From: Synechococcus sp.
GTDB taxonomy: Bacteria; Cyanobacteriota; Cyanobacteriia; Thermostichales; PCC-7336
DNA: 14,586 nt
NCBI GenBank assembly: GCA_051439425.1
Contig: JBFRWD010000030.1
Coordinates: 1-14,586, forward strand
Reading direction: 5' to 3'
Within the stretch, counting starts at the first letter, position 1. Each line of letters starts with the position of its first letter. Positions 1 through 8,030 of this stretch are shown piece by piece. The translations under genes and the position numbers were made by a program. Below the pieces are notes generated by a model. The model did no database searches. It was given only the letters and a program-made list of their open reading frames with translations, and was not told the origin of the DNA.

Positions 1-198
1 GGATAGGGATCGGACTGTGCGCTTCAGGGCCAGCCAAGCATTGGGCAGTCTTGGAACTGCATCCGATACGGTGATTCAGGGACTCGTGAAATGCTTGCAG
101 GATGAGGATCCGACTGTGCGCTTCAGGGCCAGCCAAGCATTGGGCAGTCTGGGAACTGCATCCGATACGGTGATTCAGGGGCTCTTGGAGTGCTTGAA
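1..198 (+). repeat. 99-bp tandem repeat (two near-identical units) encoding HEAT repeats
   Basis: 1-99 aligns with 100-198; positions 13-81 vs 112-180 differ at one base. A third, degenerate unit starts near 199. Confidence 0.95.
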
Positions 199-376
199 GG
201 ATGACCTTGTATGCACTTTTGCCGCAGCTGCGTTAGTCAGTTGCGGCAAACAAAAGCCTGGTACGCTTCAAGATAGGCTCTCTGAATGGATTGAAAGTAA
301 TCAAAAAAATACTTTCGTGCACTATGGTGTAGATACTTTGCTAGAGCTCGTCACTGAAGTGAATCGTATTGGATAA
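2..376 (+). CDS. HEAT/PBS-lyase-like repeat protein, C-terminal part (5' end lies outside the window)
   Basis: Frame is open from position 2 (DRDRTVRFRASQALG...) to TAA at 374-376. It contains 33-aa units DEDPTVRFRASQALGSLGTASDTVIQGL..CL, typical of HEAT_PBS repeats. Confidence 0.85.
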   Translation, partial: DRDRTVRFRASQALGSLGTASDTVIQGLVKCLQDEDPTVRFRASQALGSLGTASDTVIQGLLECLKDDLVCTFAAAALVSCGKQKPGTLQDRLSEWIESNQKNTFVHYGVDTLLELVTEVNRIG

Positions 377-379
377 ATG

Positions 380-705
380 CTGAGTACAGGACAAAAGCTT
401 GAAAAGGGATCGAGATGAGGGTTTCGTAAAATAACTACACCCAAACGAGGCCTTCATGGATGAGATTAACCTGCTCAAAGAGCGTATGCTGCGAGCTTAC
501 TTCCCGTATCATGGTGCTCGTTTGAGCTTTATCTCCATGTTCCTGATGGTATTTATTTGAGTCAGAGCTGTGGACTTTAGCCATCGCATTCGGCGGCCAT
601 GCTTTGGTGGAATCCAATTACAAACGCATCCAGCGCTTCTTCAAGGGATTCGAAGTGGATAAAGCAGCTGTGGCGAAAGCGTTAATGGCGCTCCTCAACA
701 TTCCA
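380..705 (+). mobile_element. Remnant (left end only) of a cyanobacterial IS4-family insertion sequence
   Basis: CTGAGTACAGGACAAAAG at 380-397 resembles the terminal IR of the cyanobacterial IS4 group whose transposases end in FLSCT (right end ...TTTGTCCTGTAC...). A transposase N-terminus follows. No right end seen in the window. Confidence 0.7.
456..705 (+). pseudogene. IS4-family transposase N-terminal fragment (nonsense codon, frameshift, truncation)
   Basis: From ATG 456: MDEINLLKERMLRAYFPYHGARLSFISMFLMVFI*(TGA 558-560)VRAVD, then a frameshift to LAIAFGGHALVESNYKRIQRFFKGFEVDKAAVAKALMALLNIP. HGARL and SxYKRxQRFF are hallmark motifs. Similarity ends near 705. Confidence 0.8.
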
Positions 706-802
706 GCTGTAGTTCGTAATTTGCCCTCTAAGACTCCTCACTCGTTTGCATATAGCGGTGCTGTAATAATTGAACTCTGGGTTTATGGCCATTGTGTCTC
801 CA

Positions 803-865
803 AGCGATCGCCTGTCCCCTCAGTCGCACTAAATCTCGCACCAGCTTGCGATCGAGAGGATGCAT
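803..865 (-). pseudogene. First ~21 codons of a FtsX/MacB-like ABC permease
   Basis: ATG at 865, 2 nt after the ATPase stop, gives MHPLDRKLVRDLVRLRGQAIA. This fits the 'MxxLDRKLLRDLxRxRGQ' N-terminus of permeases that follow this ATPase type. The expected hydrophobic helix is missing after the HIP1 site at 804-811. Confidence 0.7.
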
Positions 866-867
866 GC

Positions 868-1281
868 CTACCACTCCAACTGCGCAGGAGACAGCTTGCG
901 TTCGTTCTGGCGCACGGTGAGAATTTCGCCACTGCTCATAGTGATGACGCGATCGGCCATCCCGGCCATCCCGGCATTGTGGGTAATCACCGCCGTGGTA
1001 GTCCACAAGTCCCGGTTTACCCGTTCCAGGACGTCCGGCACTAACTTGCCGGTTTCAAAATCCAAGGCCCCCGTCGGTTCGTCGCACAGCAGGACTTCGG
1101 GGCGCTTGGCAATGGCACGGGCGATCGCCACCCGCTGCTGTTCTCCCCCGGATAGCTGAGCGGGAAAGTGTTCGATCCGATGGGCCAACCCCACCATACC
1201 GAGGGCGTCGTGGGGATGAATGGCTTGGCTGGATAGCTCGGTGACCAGAGCCACATTTTCGGCGGCAGTCAGGCTTATGAT
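868..1281 (-). pseudogene. ABC transporter ATP-binding protein (LolD/MacB-like), C-terminal fragment
   Basis: LTAAENV, signature [14 protein letters not shown], Walker B/D-loop [11 protein letters not shown] and H-loop VITH are present. Walker A and Q-loop are absent; the first ~21 aa of the 868..1344 ORF are unrelated. Confidence 0.85.
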
Positions 1282-1845
1282 GAACCGTGCCTCCCAAGCC
1301 GCTACAACGATTGGATGGTCAACTGCTTGTTGTTTGGAGCCCACCCCAATCAGACACTTTTATGTCTTCACGGACATCGGGCGTACGCGCAATAACCATA
1401 GCCAGTACATGGCGTCACACTGACTATGGGTCATCCTTTTCTATTGAAAAAAGAAAGAGTGTGAAAGCTGTGAGGGGCTGTGTTGGCTGCCCTACAAGTA
1501 AGTGCAGAGCCAATCAGAGTTGAGGAGACAGTTTTTCCGAGCGCACGATGTCAATGTGACCCTGTTCTGTCTGCTTGGTGAATGCTGTCCCGACCTAGCG
1601 ATCTCGTCCGGCAGATCGCCGTCCCACTCGATAGCCCTGCAATAACTCGATATTGCGGATCCCGGAATTGGGGCCGTGCTGCAATAGACTGGCACGGTCG
1701 AATTCACACTGTAGGACAAGCATCAATTCCTGACTGGGCTTATCTTTCAATTCAAGAGAAGCCGCTTCAGCGATCGGCGTCTTTGCATAGAATGCTCGGA
1801 TTTGCCAAATTGCCCCGCAGACCCCCTGACACTCTAGATATTTTT

Positions 1846-1863
1846 TATGTAAACTTGTGTAAA
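1846..1863 (-). promoter_or_regulatory. HLR1-like (RpaB/OmpR-type) direct-repeat box upstream of the response regulator
   Basis: Minus strand reads TTTACACA-AG-TTTACATA against the HLR1 consensus (G/T)TTACA(T/A)(T/A)-N2-(G/T)TTACA(T/A)(T/A), one mismatch. It lies ~80 bp upstream of ATG 1943. Confidence 0.55.
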
Positions 1864-1942
1864 GATTGCGTTAATAAATATTAAGCGCCGATCTTATTTT
1901 GAATTTTGCAAGGCCTTTCTCGCTCATTCCAAACATCGTTCT

Positions 1943-2659
1943 ATGCCAACAGTCCTTGTGGTTGACGACGAGCCGTCATTACGAGATCTGCTTAAGTTCA
2001 ACCTAGTACAAGCCGGTTTTGACGTACTCCTTGCTTCAGAAGGGGGTCAGGCTCAAGCCTTAGCGCTTCAAATGCAGCCAGACCCGATCGTTTTGGATGG
2101 AATGCTACCTCACGTCGATGGCATTACCATCTGTCAACGGTTGCGACGCGATGACCGTACCAGCAACGTGCCTATTTTGATGCTGACTGCTCGGCGCAAA
2201 CCAAAAGATTTAGTAGTTGGTTTTACAGCAGGTGCAGATGATTATCTCAAGAAGCCATTTCAGTTAGAGGAGCTGCTCGCAAGAGTGAAAGCCCTGTTGC
2301 GCCACCGCCGCAAACAAGCTTGTTCGGTGCAGCATGCAGAAATTCTTACCCAAGGTCCACTCACCCTCGTCCCCGAACGCTACGAGGTCCTCTGGTTTGA
2401 CACAACTGTTAAATTGACCCGTTCTGAATTCGCGATTCTGTCCCTCTTGATGCAAAGGCATGGTGAGGATGTCTCCAAGAGAGACATCGTTCGCGAGGTG
2501 TGGGGATACGAGCACCCTAAAGATGGAACCGACTCGGCCCGCGTTCACATTCGGCATCTACGCCAAAAGCTAGAACTAAACCCAAAGAGCCCGCAGTATC
2601 TCAAAAGCATTTGTGGAGTTGGCTACTGTCTCGTACTTCCTCGAACAAACCAACATTAA
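1943..2659 (+). CDS. OmpR-family response regulator, divergent RpaA-like paralogue
   Basis: Receiver domain has D8-D9, phospho-acceptor D52, MLTA and KPF. RpaA-like segments: CQRLRRDDRT, H.EIL..GPLTLVPER.E..WFD.TVKLT, QRHG, EVWGY, RVHIRHLR.KLE, G.GYCL.LP. Confidence 0.9.
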   Translation: MPTVLVVDDEPSLRDLLKFNLVQAGFDVLLASEGGQAQALALQMQPDPIVLDGMLPHVDGITICQRLRRDDRTSNVPILMLTARRKPKDLVVGFTAGADDYLKKPFQLEELLARVKALLRHRRKQACSVQHAEILTQGPLTLVPERYEVLWFDTTVKLTRSEFAILSLLMQRHGEDVSKRDIVREVWGYEHPKDGTDSARVHIRHLRQKLELNPKSPQYLKSICGVGYCLVLPRTNQH

Positions 2660-2787
2660 GCCGTGCTTCATCCAGCTTGCTCAAGTTTTTAGATTCAAGG
2701 CTCCGTCATCGTTCCCAAAGCGACTAATTGGGAGCTGGATCCTCGGAGATAAGAACGCCATCAATTTCCGAATCGGTAACGGCTGCA

Positions 2788-3585
2788 ATGCCCGAAACGA
2801 TTCGTTGTCGTGCACCATTCAGCTCTTCATTCCCTCCCCTATCTATGACCGATTCTTCGCATTTCGGATGCTCGAATGAGCATCAGTTCGGCTCATTCGA
2901 ATTGGATCTTTATGCAGTCCAATTGCAGGGCGCGACCCTCGCTCAGCTCGATCTCTCGCAGGCCGATTTCGGCGAAGCTAACTTGTTTCGAGCCAATCTA
3001 TTTCAGTCCTGTTTGTATGCCACCAATCTGATGGGGACCAACCTAGGCTCTGCGGAGCTTTCTGAGGCTGACTTGAGTCATGCGAATCTGACGGCTGCAA
3101 GGCTACAACGGGCCATTCTATCCCGTGCAAAACTGACCATGTCCCGCCTCAATGGTGCTCAAGCTTGTGGAGCGTGCTTGGCAGAAACAAACCTCTGTCA
3201 AGCCGACCTCAGCAATACAAATCTGTCACAAACAAACCTCTATGCGTCCAACCTCAGACGCGCCAATGTGTTCGGCACCAAGTTTACGGGGGCAAACCTA
3301 ACACAAGCTTGTATTGAAGGTGCAATTATCTTCAACGCAGATTTCAGTCGCGCTTGCTTAGTGGGTGTGGACTTCAGTACGTTCCGCTGTTCGACCCTAG
3401 AGAGATTTGCCTGCTTTACGGACGCTACCTACGACGACACAAGCCGATTTCCGCCCGAGTTCGATCTCAACCGCGCTGGATTGCGGAAGCTAAGTGCATC
3501 CCAAACGCTCCTGGTCGGTGGTGAACAGCACCAATCTCTGGTCGAACAGCAAGACCTAACCTCGAACGAAAAGTATGCAGCTTAG
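2788..3585 (+). CDS. Pentapeptide repeat protein (start uncertain: 2728, 2788 or 2845)
   Basis: Long A(N/D)LxX array and a C-terminal ATYDDTSRFPPEFD..AG cap typical of cyanobacterial pentapeptide proteins. Confidence 0.85.
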   Translation: MPETIRCRAPFSSSFPPLSMTDSSHFGCSNEHQFGSFELDLYAVQLQGATLAQLDLSQADFGEANLFRANLFQSCLYATNLMGTNLGSAELSEADLSHANLTAARLQRAILSRAKLTMSRLNGAQACGACLAETNLCQADLSNTNLSQTNLYASNLRRANVFGTKFTGANLTQACIEGAIIFNADFSRACLVGVDFSTFRCSTLERFACFTDATYDDTSRFPPEFDLNRAGLRKLSASQTLLVGGEQHQSLVEQQDLTSNEKYAA

Positions 3586-3601
3586 AAAAGTATGCAGCTT
3601 A
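3568..3601 (+). repeat. Perfect 17-bp tandem duplication over the stop codon
   Basis: GAAAAGTATGCAGCTTA at 3568-3584 and 3585-3601. Confidence 0.95.
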
Positions 3602-4164
3602 ACGGAGGGGCGATCTAATTGGCTCTAGCTTCTAGTGCAATAGCGGCTTCCCAAGAATCTAGCCGACGAGGTCATCCAGACTCGGCTTCACTGCGCTCAA
3701 AATCCATGGAGAAACTGTTATGGCAGTGGCCACACCGCTACCGCGGTATACCCGCAAGCGATCGCCTCATGGGTCCACCAACTGGGCATGACCGTGTGAG
3801 CGATCGATCCCAGCCACAATAGTCACCGATTCTCCCTGAACTAAAAAGCGGCGAGTTACATCCACAAAGACAGAATCAACGCCTTCCCAGATGGTTGGAT
3901 TAAGAGGAAAGATCTGCTCCTCGTACACCACTTCTACAAGACGCGAGATTCTGGATTCCCCACTGCGCAGAACCCTTGCACGAGCCGAACGGTCTTCTTG
4001 CGTTCAAAGCAACCATATCCAATACTTACTTCCAGGTCCTGAAGGCTTCAGCCACGCTTGCTAAGCGATCTGCGTGAAGTCAGCAATGCAGTCTCAGCCT
4101 TCAGGGGTGAGCGACGCCCTCCGCCACCCCACACGTTTAGTCGAGGCTATGTAGGTTTTTCTCC

Positions 4165-4647
4165 CTACCTGCGTGCCGGCAATAAAGATTTATTGGCTAG
4201 ATATTCGTGGATGTCATGGGAATTGAGATGGCAAATGTCTTTAGCCAATTCTGCCGTTCTCAAGTCTTTGGACTTCCCTGATTGCAGAGACTCCCTGACA
4301 ATCCCTAAAATCTGGGGCTCGGCAACGAGCAACAGCTTCTTAGTGGAACACGATTGATGGAGATCGGAAATTTTGGCCGCAATGCGCTTGGCAAACTGAC
4401 GTTCAAATTCAACAACGTGATTCTGGCGGCGATCGTCATACGCGTGTGCTCGACCGTTAGAGCCTCGATTTCGTCCCGTTTTGGTGTTGGCCCACAACTC
4501 CTGGCCGTGCATGCTGTTCGCAGGGTTACCTAGCTGCTCGCGTTCGATAAGCCGAGCTAGCCCGTTACTTTCCGGCAACTCTGCAGATTCACAAGTAAAG
4601 AACCGTGCAGTAGTTCCATCAATGGCAACGACGAGAATTCTATTCAT
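4165..4647 (-). CDS. Host attachment family protein (AtsE-like; baeRF/eRF1-fold relative)
   Basis: ILVVAIDGTTARFF N-terminus, TGRNRG...HAYDD.R..H..EFERQFAK, LLLVAEPQILG.VR and ELAKD motifs; 160 aa. Confidence 0.85.
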   Translation of the reverse strand: MNRILVVAIDGTTARFFTCESAELPESNGLARLIEREQLGNPANSMHGQELWANTKTGRNRGSNGRAHAYDDRRQNHVVEFERQFAKRIAAKISDLHQSCSTKKLLLVAEPQILGIVRESLQSGKSKDLRTAELAKDICHLNSHDIHEYLANKSLLPARR

Positions 4648-4991
4648 GAATTACTCCACCTATGCTATCTAATTCGATCTTAAGTAATTGAATAATCCTG
4701 TCGAGCAAATCATGTATGAAGCTTAAGAAATAAGGGGATTGGGCTGTGTGTCTGACTTTATGAATTGTGTTGCTAAGCTTGTCCACTGCTACTCGCTTGC
4801 CCCCCCCGATGTCTGCTGTCCTGTTGACTCGCTCTACAAGTATTGGAAAGTATTGGAGAAAAGCCTTTACCGCAGACTGCGTAAAGCCGAAGCAATAGTC
4901 ACGAATCGCTCGTTAAGAAGAAGTACATTTCTCCAAGTTGATTTGAACCGGCAGTAAAAATGGCACAAGGGGGATTCCTCCCCAGTTTTGA

Positions 4992-7817
4992 ATGGTTGTG
5001 CCTGTAATGTCTAAACGCTGGCAGCTGTGTTTCGTCGTCTTCATTTCTCTATTTGTAGCGATCTCCTTCTTCGGTCGTCCGCTATTACATCTCGTCACTG
5101 AATTGTGGTGGTTCGAGTCAGTCGGATATGCGCCAGTGTTCTGGACACGAGCTGGATGGCAGGTGGGTATTTGGTGCTTGTCATTTGGGGTGTATGCACT
5201 AGGGCTGAGTGGAAACTATTGGCTGGCAAGACGATGGGCAACGGGACGCGATATTCCCCGATCGCTCCGTCGGCGCTTAACTCCATCGGAATATCAACTG
5301 TTTCGCATCTCGATGAGATTGGCAGTGGCGCTCGCAGCATTTGTGGCCGCATCGCTGTCAGTGCAAAGTTGGGAACCTATTCTCAAGGCCCTAAACGCTA
5401 CGTCATTCGGACAAACCGATCCCCTGTTTGGATTGGATGTTGGGTTCTTTGTCTTCAAGCTGCCGCTGCTTGAAGGGGGAGTGCAATGGTTAGCAGGCTT
5501 GTTTGTCTGCTCGCTGTTGTTGGTTCTGCTTGTCTATGTTTTAGAAGGAGACATCGATCCCCAAAGAAACTGGGCCACGATGGTCAGTCGCGCCGCCAAA
5601 TTTCACATCAGTTTGTTGCTGGCTGTACTTGCTATTCTGCTCTCTATCTATTTTTGGCTACAGCGCTACGACCTGTTGTACTCGGCCGAAGGAGTGGTGT
5701 TTGGGGCCGGGTTTACGGATGTGAATGCTCGGCTGCCGTTAGACACAGCGGCCAGCGTGCTCACGGCAGTATTGTCCGGGACGTTAGTTTTTTCCTTATG
5801 GCGGCGATCGCTCCTCTTACCAGCAGCCAGCATTCTGATCTACTCCGCTCTAATATTCCTGGCTAATTTCTACCCGCCAATTCTGCAGCGGTTTGTGGTG
5901 GAACCCAACGAACTGGCCAAAGAGCTACCCTACGTCGCCCATAACATCGCCTTCACTCAAGATGCCTATGATTTAGCGGATGTAGACTCGCGCGCCTATC
6001 CTGTTGAAACCGGACTGACACGGCAAGTACTCAATCGCAATCAACCCACAGTCAGTAACATTCGCTTGTGGGATTACCGGCCGCTGCTGAGCACCTATCG
6101 CCAACTGCAAGAAATCCGGCCTTACTACCATTTCAACGATGTTGATGTCGATCGCTACACCATCAACGATCGCTACCAGCAGGTCATGCTAGCCCCACGC
6201 GAGGTGAATACCTCCAAACTGCCTTCGCAAGCCCAAACCTGGGTAAACCAGCGTTTGAATTACACCCACGGGTTTGGGCTAGTGATGAGTCCGGTAACTC
6301 GGGTGACCTCTAATGGCTTACCGGAGCTAATCGTCAAAGATATTCCGCCGGCCATCAATGGAGATCTGGAAATCGCCCAACCTCGTATCTACTACGGAGA
6401 ATCCACTCAGAACTACATCTTTACTGGAGCCACATCGGATGAGTTCGATTATCCACTGGGGAACGAAACTGCTAAAAATCGCTATGACGGACAGGGGGGG
6501 GTATCGCTATCTCCGTGGTATCGCAGACTTGGATATGCCCTCGACCTCAGCAGTTGGAATACGTTTGCCTCTAACTCTCTGACCTCGGAATCTCGCATTC
6601 ACTATCACCGCCAGATTCAGGAGCGCGTTCGACAAGTAGCTCCGTTTTTGTCCTTTGATAACGACCCCTACATTGTGGCGATTGACGGGGGATTGAAGTG
6701 GATTGTGGATGCCTACACCACCAGCAGTAGCTACCCCTACTCCGAGCCCCTGTGGCGCAGCGAGGGGGCGCAAGCGATCGCGGATAACGGGAAAATCGAA
6801 CGAATGTTCCGCGATCGAATTAACTACATTCGCAACTCGGTCAAGGTGGTGGTAGACGCCTATGACGGCAGTATGACCTTCTGGGCGATTGACGACAGCG
6901 ATCCTCTCCTGGACACCTACCGCAAAATTTTTCCCACTCTATTTTCCGATGGGGCGGATGTTCCTGACGAACTCAAAGCCCATTTCCGCTATCCCATCGA
7001 CCTATTCAAAATCCAATCGCAGCTCTACTTGAGGTATCACATCAGCAATCCGACCGTGTTTTACAACGGCGAAGATCTGTGGAGTTTTCCTAAAGAGGTC
7101 TTCCGGTCACGGGAACAGCTGATGCAGCCCTACTACGTGATCATGAGATTGCCGGATGAAGACAGCGAAGAATTTGTATTGATTTGGCCGTTTACACCAT
7201 TGGATAAGAGCAACATGGTGGCTTGGATGGCGGCCCGGTCTGACGGAGAGCAATACGGCAAACTACTGTTGTACGAATTCCCCCGCCAAGAGCTGATTTT
7301 TGGGCCGCGTCAGATTGAGGCTCGCATCGACCAAACCCCCGAAATTTCGGAACAACTGACGTTGTGGAGTCAACAGGGCTCGCGGGTGATTCGGGGGGAT
7401 TTGCTGGTCATTCCGATCGAGCGATCGCTACTGTACGTCGAGCCGATTTTCCTGAGTGCAGAGGAGGGGGCTTTGCCGGAATTACAACGGGTAATTGTGG
7501 CGTATGCCGATCGGATTGTGATGGCCAATCGACTTCCAGAGGCTTTAGTGGCTGTGTTTGGCCCTGAAGTCGACCAGTCTGAAGAGGGTGTTGTGATTGA
7601 TGAGGATGGGCGAGCGCCCTTCGCAGGGATAGAAGAGATTGAAGGATTGGAAGGGTTAGACGACAATTTGCGACAAACCATACGCGAAGCGTTGGAAGAG
7701 TATGAAGGGGCGATAGAGGCCCAGCGATCGGGAGATTGGGCCGATTACGGACGCCGTCAAGAAGTTTTGGGAGAATTGCTGCGACAGCTAGACAGAGCAA
7801 CGGAAACAGTTGAATAA
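4992..7817 (+). CDS. UPF0182 family integral membrane protein
   Basis: 941 aa with multiple N-terminal TM helices and family motifs WF.SVGY..VF, DP.FG.D.GFF.F.LP, GAG.TDV.A.LP, V.PNE...E.PY, NIRLWD, QLQEIR.YY.F..VDVDRY, YTHG.G, NY.RNSVK.VVDAYDG, LYVEP. Confidence 0.95.
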   Translation: MVVPVMSKRWQLCFVVFISLFVAISFFGRPLLHLVTELWWFESVGYAPVFWTRAGWQVGIWCLSFGVYALGLSGNYWLARRWATGRDIPRSLRRRLTPSEYQLFRISMRLAVALAAFVAASLSVQSWEPILKALNATSFGQTDPLFGLDVGFFVFKLPLLEGGVQWLAGLFVCSLLLVLLVYVLEGDIDPQRNWATMVSRAAKFHISLLLAVLAILLSIYFWLQRYDLLYSAEGVVFGAGFTDVNARLPLDTAASVLTAVLSGTLVFSLWRRSLLLPAASILIYSALIFLANFYPPILQRFVVEPNELAKELPYVAHNIAFTQDAYDLADVDSRAYPVETGLTRQVLNRNQPTVSNIRLWDYRPLLSTYRQLQEIRPYYHFNDVDVDRYTINDRYQQVMLAPREVNTSKLPSQAQTWVNQRLNYTHGFGLVMSPVTRVTSNGLPELIVKDIPPAINGDLEIAQPRIYYGESTQNYIFTGATSDEFDYPLGNETAKNRYDGQGGVSLSPWYRRLGYALDLSSWNTFASNSLTSESRIHYHRQIQERVRQVAPFLSFDNDPYIVAIDGGLKWIVDAYTTSSSYPYSEPLWRSEGAQAIADNGKIERMFRDRINYIRNSVKVVVDAYDGSMTFWAIDDSDPLLDTYRKIFPTLFSDGADVPDELKAHFRYPIDLFKIQSQLYLRYHISNPTVFYNGEDLWSFPKEVFRSREQLMQPYYVIMRLPDEDSEEFVLIWPFTPLDKSNMVAWMAARSDGEQYGKLLLYEFPRQELIFGPRQIEARIDQTPEISEQLTLWSQQGSRVIRGDLLVIPIERSLLYVEPIFLSAEEGALPELQRVIVAYADRIVMANRLPEALVAVFGPEVDQSEEGVVIDEDGRAPFAGIEEIEGLEGLDDNLRQTIREALEEYEGAIEAQRSGDWADYGRRQEVLGELLRQLDRATETVE

Positions 7818-7913
7818 CAATGGAGGCGTAGGCACAGTACGATGGCTCAGGCCGATACTGCTAGGAGCACTTCTGATTCGAGATTATTGTTTTCCATGCT
7901 TAGGGCAATGGTC

Positions 7914-7994
7914 ATACCACTGCGGACATTTCAGCTACGTTCAGCCCTGACTGCGATCGGCACCTTTGTCCGAACTGAAATGGCGAGCGCCATA
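7914..7994. repeat. ~80-bp imperfect palindromic intergenic element, copy 1
   Basis: ATACCACTGCGGACATTTCAGCTACGTTCA...TGTCCGAACTGAAATGGCGAGCGCCATA with inverted core CATTTCAG/CTGAAATG. Colinear with 9377-9459. Confidence 0.85.
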
Positions 7995-8030
7995 ATCTCT
8001 CCGATCTGAGAGAAAGACATTAAGCGATCG

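Noticed and set aside
604..1044. 146-aa plus-strand ORF as a real gene
   Set aside because: Chimeric read-through: only the first ~34 aa are transposase; the rest crosses a junction and runs antisense to the ABC fragments.
1284..1840. Short ORFs (1287..1523, 1492..1719, 1582..1884)
   Set aside because: No recognisable motifs and they overlap on opposite strands. The region may hold decayed gene remnants that I cannot identify.
1129..3757. Absence of perfect HIP1 as evidence that the RpaA-like region is foreign
   Set aside because: Only about three sites are expected at the window's density, and both genes are cyanobacterial types; too weak.
3619..3822. 67-aa ORF
   Set aside because: TTG start, no motif or coding signature.
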